From: Mobula hypostoma
Lineage: Eukaryota
Assembly: GCF_963921235.1 (NCBI RefSeq)
Contig: NC_086097.1
Coordinates: 144,152,001 to 144,216,000, forward strand
Length of the DNA: 64,000 nucleotides
Direction of reading: 5' to 3'
Positions 37,171-48,674 of this stretch are shown piece after piece; position 1 is the stretch's first letter; each line of letters starts with the position of its first letter. The position numbers and the translations under genes are program-made. The notes under the pieces are model-generated. The model was not told where the DNA came from and made no database searches. It saw only the letters and a list, made by a program, of their open reading frames with translations.

Positions 37171-37777
37171 GTGTTCTGACTCTTACATTTCTGCTGCATA
37201 CCTCCGTGTTTCATCTTTTTTTCTCTAATTGCCTCATTCCGCTTTTAACTAGAGGACTCCAAACACGTTGTATCACCTGGACAGCAATGCCGGTTTTCTC
37301 ATCATCCCTTACTCTCTATTGGTTTATAGGGATCTTGGCCAAATGTAGACAAATGGGACCAAGTCAGGAAGATACCACGGTCGGCATGGATGGGCTGGTC
37401 CAAAGGACCAGTTTCTACACTGTTTATGACTCTGTAAATTAAAATATACTCATTTCTCGCCTGTCCAGGTCTGATCAAGGCTTGTTGTCCTGAAATATTG
37501 GTTCTAATGTAACTGACTCTACTGAATGATGCGTGAACTGCTGAGTATCTCTGGGATTTGTTGTTTCTGTTTATAAAGAAATAACTCCACGGTTCTAATG
37601 TGTGCTGGTAATTTCATCATGCCCTCTCGTCTCTGGATCAGAAAGTTTTGAGTGCATCTTCACTCCAGTGCACCATTTCTTCATCTTTTTCTTCCGCGAT
37701 CGATCCTTGGAATTGAAAAGAATTAGGGGCAGGCGAGAATCAATAGGGATGCAAAAATGGGATTAGTGTAGAAGGGT

Positions 37778-37865
37778 CATACATCAAAGTTGCTGGTGAA
37801 CGCAGCAGGCCAAGCAGCATCTGTAGGAAGAGGTGCAGTCGACGTTTCAGGCCGAGACCCTGCTG
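37778..37865 (-). mobile_element. Penelope-like terminal-repeat mini-insertion (hammerhead 5' half missing)
   Basis: 15-bp TSD TTAGTGTAGAAGGGT at 37763-37777 and 37866-37880; nearly identical to 26597-26694. Confidence 0.85.
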
Positions 37866-38735
37866 TTAGTGTAGAAGGGTGCTTGATGGTCAATATGGAA
37901 ACAGTGGAACCTCGGGCCTGTTCCCATCTCTATGACTCTGTTTCTCCTCTTGTACTCAAAAGCTCTTGCAATAAAGATGAGTGTCTTGGTTTGTGTTCAC
38001 AATAGCTTGCAGCACCTACACATTAACCTTCAGCAACTTTTGTACAAGGACATTAAGGTCTTTATGTCTCTCACCAGTTAACAAATATTTCACTTTTCTA
38101 TTTCTTCACAATCAAATGAGAGTAGATATTCCTTTCATATTATCCCAAGCAGAAATGCTTTTCCCAAGGAAAACTATGGAAACCTATTTGTATTCACGTG
38201 TTTACTTTCTACCTGGAAGAATCAGCTGACTGCCTGGAAGGGCTGAGTATTGTACCACTCCTGTGATGGCAGGGCTGACATCAATGAACTTTGCTGAACC
38301 TAATGTTGTTCCGTCGTATGAACCTTTCCCTGTGAACATGTCCTGTGGGTAAGACTCTTTCAGCCACCTCATGGACATGACAAACATGCATAACTTATAA
38401 CAACTACCAGAACCCCATCAAAGGCATTAACAAGAAAAACAAAGACACTCCCAAATATTTGTGTAGTTAAGTTAAGTGGAAAGGAAGCGCCTTGTCCTAG
38501 ACATCATCACAAGGGAATTCTGATTGGGAACAGATGACAGACATCAAAACAAAACAACAGATAGGCTCTGATAGGCCAGGCCTATGAGATTTCTTTATAA
38601 ATGATATAAGCCGTAATTAAATCTCATTCAAAGTTGATAGTTCAAGACTCAATCCCCAGGTGTCCTGACTAATACTCAACTAACGTCCATCATTTTTCCA
38701 GGCAGCCTGGTCATTAGATTGACCACTTTACCAGA

Positions 38736-39232
38736 CAATAGACAATAGGTGCAGGAGTAGGCCATTCAGCCCTTCGAGACAGCACCACCATTCACTGTGA
38801 TCATGGCTGATCATCCACAATCAGTACCCGTTTCCTGCCTTCTCCCCATATCCCTTCACTCTGCTATCTTTAAGAGCTCTATCTAACTCTTTCTTGAAAG
38901 AATCCAGAGAACTGGCCTCCACTGCCTTCTGAGGCAGAGCATTCCACAGAACCACAAGCCTCTGTGTGAAAAAGTTTTTCCTCAACTCCGTTCTAAATTG
39001 TCTACCCCTTATTCTTAAACTGTGGCCTCTGGTTCTGGACTCCCCCAACATCGGGAACATGTTTCCTGCCTCTAGCGTGTCCAATCCCTTAATAATCTTA
39101 TATGTTTCAATCAGATCCCCTCTCATCCTTCTAAATTCTAGTGTATACAACCCCAGTTGCTCCTATCTTTCAACATATGACAGTCCCGCCATCTCAGGAA
39201 TTAACCTCGTGAACATATGCTACACTCCCTCA
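38736..39232 (-). mobile_element. CR1 3' end, same young subfamily as 14149-15798
   Basis: ORF 38821-39150 is open to the natural stop; (ATTGTCT) tail; possible TSD ACCAGA at 38730-38735 and 39233-39238. Confidence 0.93.
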
Positions 39233-39444
39233 ACCAGATTTCCAGTCTTTTCAGTGATGTCCATGAGTGAACACTAGCCAGAGAAATCTACAACCAAGGA
39301 ATATTGGATAGGTTTCTTAACGACTGTAAGCGACCCAGAAGGAGGTTATTACCAGTTCACATTCGCACTTCCTTATTTTCCTAGAGCTCTGAAACTTACT
39401 CTTTTTCACACATGTTCTTTAAATCACCTTTTTGCCATGAATCC

Positions 39445-39635
39445 ACACTCAGGGGTAACTGACAACATTGAATTAACTGACCAGTGTGGCTGAGGGATGT
39501 GGACCAGAGCACCTGAAGGAAAGCGGTACGGTTGTAGAGCGAGTGTGTAAACTGCACAGACGGTGGCCAAAGTCAGAATTCAACCCAGGTCCCCAGAGCT
39601 GTGCGGCCATAGCACTGAGTGTTGCACCACAAGGC
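39445..39635 (-). mobile_element. tRNA-derived SINE
   Basis: A-box-like TGTGGTGCAACACTCAG and B-box-like GGGTTGAATTCT on the minus strand, plus the shared central domain. Confidence 0.65.
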
Positions 39636-39874
39636 GACCCGTGCTCCCGGCTGTAGGAAAACTGTAGTAATTAATGATTAACAGAGAAGATACCCTTTCT
39701 TATTATTGGTTTTCCATTCTCAGGAGCGGGACAGTACTCATTGTCCAGCTTTAACTGCTTTTGAATTGAGAAACTTAGAATCAGAAACAAGTTTATTGGC
39801 ACTGTCGGGAAATCTTTAATTTTTGCAGAAGCAAGACAAAATTTCCTACAAGTTTAAAAATAAATAACTAGTGC

Positions 39875-41755
39875 AAAGGACCTGTGACTCCACCTTCAGA
39901 ACAGGCGACAAGGCAGCCTAACAACAGCGAGGGCCAAATTGTCACCGGGCCATCAGAGAGGCAAAGCGTGCACACGCCCAGGGAATCCACAGCCACTTCC
40001 AGGACAGCGGCGACATGCAGCGCATGTGGAAGGGCATTCAGGACATCACCAACTACAAGACAACACCACCTGCCTGTGCTGGTGATGCCTCCCTCCCAGA
40101 TGCGTTGAACAGGTGCTGCGTCTTACTGTGGCTGATGTGAGGAGAACCCTGTGCAGGGTCAACCCACGGAAGGCTACTGGACCAGACAATATTCCTGGCA
40201 GAGTGCTTAGAGGATGTGCAGACCAGCTAGCAGAGATTCTCACTGACATCTTCAACATCTCCCTGAGCAGTGCCATTGTTCCTATGTGCTTCAAGGCTGT
40301 CACCATTGTCCCCATGCTGAAGAAGTCTTCAGTGTCCTGCCTCAACGACTACCGTCCCATTGCACTCACATCCATCATCATAAAGTGTTTCGAAAGGCTC
40401 GTCACTGGGCACATCAAGACCCTACTGCCCTCCTCACTGGACCCCCTGCAGTTTGCATACCGTCCCAACTGTTCAACAGACGATGCCATTGCCATCACCC
40501 TCCACCTGGCCCTCACCCACCTGGACAAAAAAGACACATACGTTCGAATGCTGTTCATAGACTTCAGTTCAGCATTCAACACAATCATTCCTCAGAAACT
40601 GACTGGAAAGCTGAGCCTACTGGACCTGAACACCTCCCTCTGCAACTGGATCCTAGACTTCCTGACTGGGAGACCTCAGTCTGTCTGGATTGGAAGCAGC
40701 ATCTCCAACACCATCACACTGAGCACGGGGGCCCCTCAGAGCTGTGTGCTCAGTCCACTGCTGTTCACTCTGCTGACCCATGATTGTGCTGCAACACACA
40801 GCTCGAACCACATCATCAAGTTCGCCGATGACATGACCGTGGTGGGTCTCATCAGCAAGAACGATAAGTCAGCATACAGAGAGGAGGTGCAGCAGCTAAC
40901 GGACTGGTGCAGAGCCAACAACCTGTCTCTGAATGTGAACAAAACAAAAGAGGTGGTTGTTGACTTCAGGAGGACACAGAGCGACCACTCTCCATTGAAC
41001 ATCGACGACTCCTCCATAGAGATCGTTAAGAGCACCAGATTTTTTAGTGTTCACCTGGCGGAGAATCTCACCTGGTCTCTCAACACCAGCTCCATAGCAA
41101 AGAAAGCCCAGCAGCGTCTCTACTTCGGCGAAGGCTGAGAAAAGTCCATCTCCCACCCCCCATCCTCACCACATTCCACAGAGGTTATATTGACAGCATC
41201 CTGAGCAGCTACATCACTGCCTGGTTCGGAAATTGCACCATCTCGGATCGCAAGACCCTGCAGCGGATAGTGAGGTCAGCTGAGAAGATCGGGGTCTCTC
41301 TTCCCGCCATTACAGACATTTACACCACATGCTGCATCGGTAAAGCAAACAGCATTATGAAGGACCCCACGCATCCCCCATACAAACTCTTCTCCCTCCT
41401 GCCATCTGGCAACAGGCACTGAAGCATTCGGGCTCTCAAAACCAGACTATGTAACGGTTTCTTCCCCCAAGCCATCAGACTCCTCAATACCCAGAGCCTG
41501 GACTGACACCAACCTGCAGCCCTCTACTGTGCCTATTGTCTTGTTTATTATTTGTTGTAATGCCTGCACTGTTTTGTACACTTTATGCAGTCCTGGATAG
41601 GTCTGTAGTCTAGTGTAGTTTTTATGTAGTTCAGTGTAGTTTCTGTATTGTTTCATGTAGCACCATGGTCCTGAAAAACGTTGTCTCATTTTCACTGTAT
41701 ACTGTACCAGTAGTTATGGTCAAAATGACAATAAAAAGTGACTTGACTTGACTTG
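39875..41755 (+). mobile_element. Rex1/Babar-type LINE, 5'-truncated, well preserved
   Basis: Open RT frame, C-terminal domain, (CTTGA)n tail; flanks AAAATAAATAACTAGTGC (39857-39874) / AAAATAAACAAATAGTGC (41756-41773), 16/18 identical. Confidence 0.93.
40113..41138 (+). CDS. Non-LTR reverse transcriptase domain (Rex1/Babar-type), open 341-aa frame within a defective element
   Basis: [63 protein letters not shown]; no endonuclease upstream; frameshift at the 3' end. Confidence 0.85.
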   Translation: MLRLTVADVRRTLCRVNPRKATGPDNIPGRVLRGCADQLAEILTDIFNISLSSAIVPMCFKAVTIVPMLKKSSVSCLNDYRPIALTSIIIKCFERLVTGHIKTLLPSSLDPLQFAYRPNCSTDDAIAITLHLALTHLDKKDTYVRMLFIDFSSAFNTIIPQKLTGKLSLLDLNTSLCNWILDFLTGRPQSVWIGSSISNTITLSTGAPQSCVLSPLLFTLLTHDCAATHSSNHIIKFADDMTVVGLISKNDKSAYREEVQQLTDWCRANNLSLNVNKTKEVVVDFRRTQSDHSPLNIDDSSIEIVKSTRFFSVHLAENLTWSLNTSSIAKKAQQRLYFGEG

Positions 41756-41799
41756 AAAATAAACAAATAGTGCTACCTTTGTTGTTCACTCTTACAGGG

Positions 41800-42100
41800 A
41801 GGATGGTAACAGTCTTTTCCCTGGGTCGGGGATTTGACAACTAAAGACATAGGCTTAAGATGAGATGGGAAAACTTTAGAGTGGACCTATTGGGCAAAGC
41901 TTTCACACAGAGAGTGGTGGGTATCTGGAAAACGTGCTAAATGAAGTGGTAGAGGCAGGTACAATTGCCGCCTTTAAAAGGCATTTAGACAGGCTCATGG
42001 ATAAGAAAGGTTTCGAAGGATATGGGCCAAAGGCAGGCAAATGGGAATAGCTCAGGTAAGTTTCTCAGTCAGTATGGGAAAACTGGGCTGATGGAGGAGC
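41800..42100 (+). mobile_element. CR1 3' end, degenerate
   Basis: TTCACACAGAGAGTGGTGGG, TTTAAAAGGCATTTAGACAGG and GGATATGGGCCAAA signatures. Confidence 0.75.
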
Positions 42101-42404
42101 TAGGACCGAGACAACTTCTTCCAGTTCATCCACAAAATGGCTTATTCTATAGCTTTTGTGGATGTCTGCAAAGAGTAAGAATTTCAGGTTGTATATTGTC
42201 TACATTCTCTGATATTAAATTGAGCCATTTGAACCTTGCTGTATAACTCTGTAATTCCAAAATTATTACCTTTCCTAATTACTTTCTGTTACAGCTACGA
42301 GCCTTTTATGACTTATGCTCGAGGACACTCCGATCCCTCTGCATGTCACAGTTCTGCAGTTTCTTCCCTTTTGAATAATGTACTTCCCTTTATCTTCAAC
42401 GTTC

Positions 42405-43140
42405 CAGTGCAAGTTGAGGAGGCTGGTTAAGAAGGCGTGTGGGGTGTTGGCCTTCATTAGTTAGGGGATTGAGTTCAAGAGCTGTGATGTAATGTTGCCT
42501 ATACAACCCTGGTTGGATGACACTTAGAGTATTGTGTTTATTTCTAGTCACCTCATTATAGGAAGGATGTGGAAGCTTTAGAGATTTACCAGGATATTGC
42601 CTGGATTAGATAACATTTCTTGTGAGGAAAGGTTGAATGAGCTAGGGCTTTTCCCTTTGGAGCAAAGGAGAGTAAGAAGTGATTTGGTAGAGGTGTACAA
42701 GATGATAAGAGACATAGATCATGTAGATAGCCAGAGACTTCTTCCTGGGTGATTATAACTAATATAAGGGTGCATTACTTTATGGTGCTTGGAGGAAATT
42801 ATAGAGGTGGGGGGGGGGGTTGTCAAAGGCAGTTTTTTTGCACAAAGTGGTATGTACTGTATGTGCAATGTGCTACCAGAGGTGGTGGTAGAGGTTGATA
42901 CATAGGGGACATTTAGGAGACTCTTAGATAGGCACATGGATGAAAGAAAAATAGAGGGTGATGTGGGAAGGAAGGGTTAAATTGATCCTGGAGTAGGTTA
43001 AAAGGTTGGTACAACATAGTGGGCCAAAAGTCCTGTACCATTCTATGCAAACACGAGGAAATCTGCAGATGCTGGAATTCAAGCAACTGGTGCTGCATTC
43101 CACCAGCATTTAGTGTGCCATTCTATGTTTGATGCTCTGT
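42405..43140 (+). mobile_element. CR1 3' portion
   Basis: VKKACGVLAFIS-GIEFKS, RFTRILPGL, VEVYKMIR; 3' UTR with (TTCTATG)-like tail. Confidence 0.85.
43048..43117. mobile_element. 70-bp Penelope-like terminal insertion made of two oppositely oriented pieces
   Basis: 10-bp TSD CCATTCTATG at 43038-43047 and 43118-43127. Confidence 0.8.
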
Positions 43141-43399
43141 GATCTAGTGTCCTTTTCCCTCTGGTGAGATATTAGATGGTCATTACTTAACTGAAAATCT
43201 ACCTCAGGAGTGGAATGAACAAAGATTGAGCCCATTTTTCTTTCTCAGACATACAATGTTCTCATCGAAAGCTAATTGAAGCATAGCATGAAACACTCAA
43301 AAAGTTTTCAACCATTAGCTTTGCCATAATTTTTCCAATGTGTATGACATCTTTATATCACTTACCAAAACTTAAGCTTCAGGTGAGTTGGTACAGTGC

Positions 43400-43675
43400 G
43401 CCAGCATTGTAGAATAGCGGTTAGCACAACACTTTACTAAACCAGGGACCCGGATTCATTTCCTGCCACTGCCTATGAGGAGTTCTCCCTGTCACTGTGT
43501 GGGCTTCTTCCAGATGCTCTGGTTCTTTCCCACCCCATTCCAAAGACGTACCAGTTGGTAGGTTAATTTGTCATTGTAAATTGTCCCGTGATTAGTCCAG
43601 GATTAAATTCGGTGACAGCTGGGTTTGAAGGGCCGGAAGGGTATACCCCATGCTGTATGTCAATAAAAAATAATA
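43400..43675 (+). mobile_element. tRNA-derived SINE with CR1-like tail
   Basis: TAGAATAGCGGTTAGCAC (A box), GGATTCATTTCC (B-box-like), central domain, tail GGGCCGGAAGGG...TGCTGTAT..AATAAA. Confidence 0.75.
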
Positions 43676-44204
43676 ATTTTCTAACCATATTGTGGAATGT
43701 TCTGACAGTAACTTTTCGGTGTTGACTTTGACTTTTCCTGGAATCTATCTGAAAAAAAAATAGACTCTAGTTGACTGTATACACAACTAACACTCTCCAA
43801 AGTGATTCATGGCTCATGATTGCTTAACATAAATATGCACAATTCTGTTTGATTTACAGACATGCTGCCAGCAGGAGTTGCAAAGTAAACACATTGCTCT
43901 CTACCAAACAGATTCTGGTTGCGTTACCCTGTGGCACCCCTGTGAAAGACCCACATGTAGAACTTGACTATTTAACTGGGAAGTAATTGCAAATTATCAG
44001 CCAAAGTCTGTAAGTCTGAAAATTTAGGTCTCCAATATACTTATTTCGAATTCTTTTGTGGGAAATACACATTTCTGACAAGGCATTTGTTTCACTTCTC
44101 CAGCTGCCTTTAAGATGCTTATAGTTTTGTGTCCTTGAACAAATGTACTTGTGAAAATGGATTGAATACTTTTCCAAGTGAATATGATTAATAAACTCTT
44201 CTCC

Positions 44205-44552
44205 GGCTTCCAGCTGAATATAGACATTGATTATAACCGATGTCTCGATGACAAACTCTGCCATCTTCTTCAGGGATGATGCTTGGGCATATCTAGTTCG
44301 GTGGTATTTATACCCCCATGAACTATCCCTCCTGATTGGTTAGTCTTTATCCAATCACGTTTCTGCTCTCCCTCCTTGTTGACAATCGATTTCCAGTTCT
44401 TATAGAGCAAGACCTTCATCTTTGTTAAAATTCTTTTCCTTTAGTTTTATTTTAATGGCTTACTTTACCAAAAGCTATTGACGTGGCACAGTAGCTTTGT
44501 GCCATCAGAGTCAACCCTATGGCCATTGTGAATGCAGTGATCTGTACTTGTG
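44205..44552 (-). mobile_element. Penelope-like element 3' end (second family)
   Basis: Minus translation HCIHNGHRVDSDGTKLL...AIKIKLKEKNFNKDEGL (GIY-YIG C-terminus), then TATAAATA and a hammerhead-like motif. Confidence 0.75.
44235..44277 (-). ncRNA. Degenerate hammerhead ribozyme motif
   Basis: CUGAAGA-A-GAUGGCA(GAGUU)UGUCAUC-GAGAC-AUC: 7-bp stem II intact, but GAAA is mutated to GAGA. Confidence 0.6.
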
Positions 44553-46197
44553 CTGAAGGTTCACTCACAGAACTATTAGGTAAGGACTTTCAATATCTTG
44601 ACCTTTGACTAACTCAGTGGAAAAATTGGAGAAGCTGTGGATATGAGAGTCTTTATTCATCTTTTTGGAAGCACTCTTGTCAGAGTCCCACAAACTCAAA
44701 AGTACATCACATTTTTATACCCTTAAGATCAACAGTAGGTGATTCAATACAATTTCAATAGTTTTCAATGACATTGTTTACTTCAATTCTTTGGGTTGAC
44801 AAACGGTATCTTTGAGGTACCTATTTACAGAGGAAGCATATTGTCATTGATCAGACACACCTTATATGGTTCAAACACCTTTTTTGAGAGATATTAAAAA
44901 ACTTCTGAGGACAGAGAGTCAGACCAAACCCATAGCTGCTTGAATTAATGCAAGCCAATTAACACAATCCCATTGTCTTAACATTTGGCTGATGCATATA
45001 GAAATGTCTCATGGTCAACATTTTTAAAAGTTCTTTCCAAAAGAACTATAACTCAGTATGCTGACAATACCCTTTATATATAGAACCTTATGGAACATTC
45101 TTGTTATAAAAAGCAATGTTTTAGTTCAATTCCCTAGTTTTCTGATGTCCCCCAAAAAACATAAATTTCTAATTCTCAATTTGAGAATACAAAAATCACC
45201 ATTTTCCCATAGTGCCAATTTCTTTCCAGAATGTGGGAATCACATATCCAACATAGAGACACTCACACATCTATCACCTTAACTTGGATTCCACATGGCC
45301 AGAGGGATATCAGGTCTTTCTCCATTCAATACCAATTTCAAAGCAAAGACATAAATAGGGATAAACTTAAAACACAGATAAGACAAAATAAAAACCCATG
45401 CTTACACTTTCATTCTGAAGTTTCACCAATAAACTGAAAAAAAATTCCTTGGAACAGACATTTAATACACAATAAACAGATATTCCAAAGAAAAAAAGAA
45501 AAGAAACAATGGATAGGTGGGAGCCCCCCACCCAATCTCCACACAAACTTCCTAAAGAGATCACCTCTTAAAATAATACATACTGCAAAATCATTTCACA
45601 TCAAGCAAAACAATCTTCCTCTGGATTAATCCAAAAGCTCTTCCAATACAGATTTAAACAAACACATGACAGACTTCACACCCATTCACGCATTCTCTCT
45701 CTCATTCTCTCTCAAATGAACTCATATGTGTCCACACTTCACACAACAGGTTTTGAACTCAAACCATTCATGCTTCAGCTACTTTCTCTCAAAGGTTAAA
45801 CATTCAGCAAAACATCTTATAACACGCATTCACAACCACCTTCCAGAATCCTAGACCTTAAAGCTTTAAAACAAAGAATGCTGAAAAATTTATTGATCAC
45901 AGACATGCAAATATTCAACCAACACCACATCAATCAAAATTCCAAAATCTCTGAGCTTTCTCAAATTCAGATCTCTGATCTATAGAATTCTGATTACATG
46001 ATCTATTTGTCTTACAATCTTGGGCATATGTTCTACTTTAAGACAACTCATCTTTCTAGGGCTATCCTTTAGTCCGACGTTTGCTACCACCTATGGCAAT
46101 GATAGGTGTTCATGAGTTTATATTTTTTCTTCTATTCTAATAGGGTCTATTCTGAGTAGTTCACAATCTTTTCTCTGTTCAGCCATATCCCTGGATT

Positions 46198-46620
46198 CTA
46201 TTGACATAATCTATATACATTATCCTGGCTCCAGGACCTGCTCATCAATGCTGTTGTGGCTATGTTGTCCACTTTGTGAATCTTATGTGTTTGCTGATCC
46301 TGACTTGCCCATGTAATCCGTCCTTTCCTTGAATCTATGACAACACCTGTCTTACTAAGTATATCTATCCCCAGGACAGTACCTTCATTGTTTGGGCATA
46401 CCCAGAAATCCACTGGGAAGCACACCCCCTCTGTCTCAAGTACCTGAGGCTCACTTTTCTCTGTCCTCATTGTTTCCCCGTCTACACCTGTAAGATAAAT
46501 AGTCTGCCCAGTAATGGCAAGGGTAGGTCAGTTATAGATATTGAAGCTGCTGTGTCCACGAACATATTGCATTGCTGGTCTTCTATTAAAGTTCTTGTGT
46601 ACATCTGTGAGTGGCCAGTA
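46198..46620 (-). pseudogene. pro: Retroviral aspartic protease remnant
   Basis: IEDQQCNMFVDTAASISIT (DTG-like catalytic motif), then after a frameshift FWVCPNNEGTVLGIDIL (LGxD-like motif). Confidence 0.7.
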
Positions 46621-47236
46621 CTGACAATTGGACTGCAATAGCTGTTTGAATGACTGGAAGCTATCTTTACCAGTTCTATAATCTGGTTAGTAATCAATGT
46701 GGGTAGAAAAAATTCACTGTGGTCCATTCCCTGTTCAACGTTCTCAAATTTATGGAAGATATACTTTGTGAGTTCTCCCCTCTTCAAAATTCAGCCCATA
46801 TGATATTGCTGCATCCCTTTTATGTAGAAAGTTAAATATTTCTGCACTGTCAACTGTTTTAGACTTTCCACATTGTCCAAGTGTTAACAGTGGTCATGCT
46901 TCACCTATGTCATTGCCCATCAAATGAGTGTACGCGCATCCCCCTAGGATCCTAAACAGTCAATGGTCACCTTTTGCAGCTGGTGGCCCTGTCTCAGCAA
47001 AATATCCAGAATTGCCTGGTAGCTCATCCCTTACAAAACACACACAAAGACACATACAAACACGTACAACAGTTCACTCACACATCTACCTCTTCAGCTC
47101 TTTGCCATGTTCTTTGATACTTTGCAACCCAATGGTCATTGGCCCAAGCAGATCTAAGCAAGAGGTGTTACAATCAGAATTACTCACCCCATTTAGACTG
47201 CTGAGGTTGCTAACCATGTAATTGGGTGACAAACAT

Positions 47237-47254
47237 ATCCCAGACAAGCCCCCA
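47237..47254 (-). promoter_or_regulatory. tRNA-Pro primer binding site
   Basis: TGGGGGCTTGTCTGGGAT vs canonical TGGGGGCTCGTCCGGGAT (16/18, both changes are CpG decay), two bases after the LTR end ...ACAACA. Confidence 0.85.
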
Positions 47255-48674
47255 AATGTTGTGACTGTGACTAAATCTGAGGAGAAATTGGAGAAGTTTT
47301 GGATATGAAAGTCTTTATTTTGCATGACAAACAGACATTCTCTTTGAGACATTCTTGGTAGAGTCCCACAAACTCAAAAGTACATCACATTTTTATACCC
47401 TTAAGATCAACAACAACAGTAGGTGATTCAATACAAGTTCAATAATTACAAAGACATTGTTTACTTCATTACTTTGGATAGACATTTGGTTCATTTGAGG
47501 TACATATTTACAGTGGAAGCACATTGTCATTGATAAGACACCTCTGCAGGTTCAAACACCTTTGTTGGGAGAAATACAAATGAAAATCATTGCTGGCTGG
47601 ATTGATACAGACCAATTAACACAATACCATTGTTTTAATGTTTGGCTGATGTATACACAAATGTATCATGGTCATCATTTTGAAAAGGTGTGATTTTAAC
47701 TTCAATTTACTGCCTGCAATTTACAATTTACATTAAGAGCTGAAGACTGGTTCTTGTTTGAATTCATATCTGATCCAGACTGGTCTTTAACAACCTAATA
47801 AATGTGAAGGAAAAAAAGTACATTGAATTGCAGGTGGTATATGCAGTCTGGAATACTGATGATGGAAGGAATGAATGGTGGATGGGGTTCCTGTCAAGGG
47901 CTTACTTTATGTTAGAGCTCTATTGCTCCAGGGATCAGTAGGTGTCTCATCACATATGTGATTTGAATTTATAGATGTTGAAAGCTTTGGCTAATTGAAA
48001 GGAGAGCCACTCACTTTAGAACAGCCACACTATGATCTGGTCACTTAATAGCAAAATTTATATGACGGATTCCATTATTTCTCTGAGCTATGGGGAAACC
48101 CAGTGTGTTGATACTAGGGGAATCTGGTTATTGCAATGACTTTGAATACTAAGAGGTTATGGCTCAATTCTCTTTATGGAGATGGTACGTGTTTGGGTAA
48201 ATTTTACTTGTCGCTTGTTAGCTCATGCCTGCATATTGTCCAGGTCTTGATGCATGCTGCCAAAAACTGGTTCATCTTCTAAGGAGTTGCAAATGGAACC
48301 TGCAATCATTATTGAATATTCAATTTCAGATATTGTGATGGAAATAAAGCCAATGGTGATGCAGTTGACAGCACTTGAGTGTCAGACATTGCCCAGAAGA
48401 ATTCCTGAAACTATCCTGGAGTACAGATCACCAGTTTCTAACAACATATCCTCTCATGGATGTAACTCTGACTGGGGTCTCTCACCCTGGACTCATGCTG
48501 TCATCTTATGGCTAGCTACAAATGAACATTACTCACACATGAATGTCAGTTGAAATACTGGCAGACTAGTTGACTTCAGAAGGCAACCCTTATTAAAAAA
48601 AATCAAGGGCAAGGAGAAGTCATTTTAAAGTCTTTTTAGTTTATGTGACAATCCATGGCTCTACCTGCATTGAA

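Larger units (their letters stand above)
44594..47792 (-). mobile_element. Internally deleted endogenous retrovirus (class I-like), two LTR-like repeats
   Basis: Direct repeats ~44594-45030 and ~47257-47690 with minus-strand TATA and AATAAA; PBS at 47237-47254; aspartic protease remnant. Outer boundaries are tentative. Confidence 0.75.

Noticed and set aside
43400..43475. tRNA gene
   Set aside because: A/B-box-like motifs only, no cloverleaf; it is the head of a SINE (likewise 8035, 11672, 39635).
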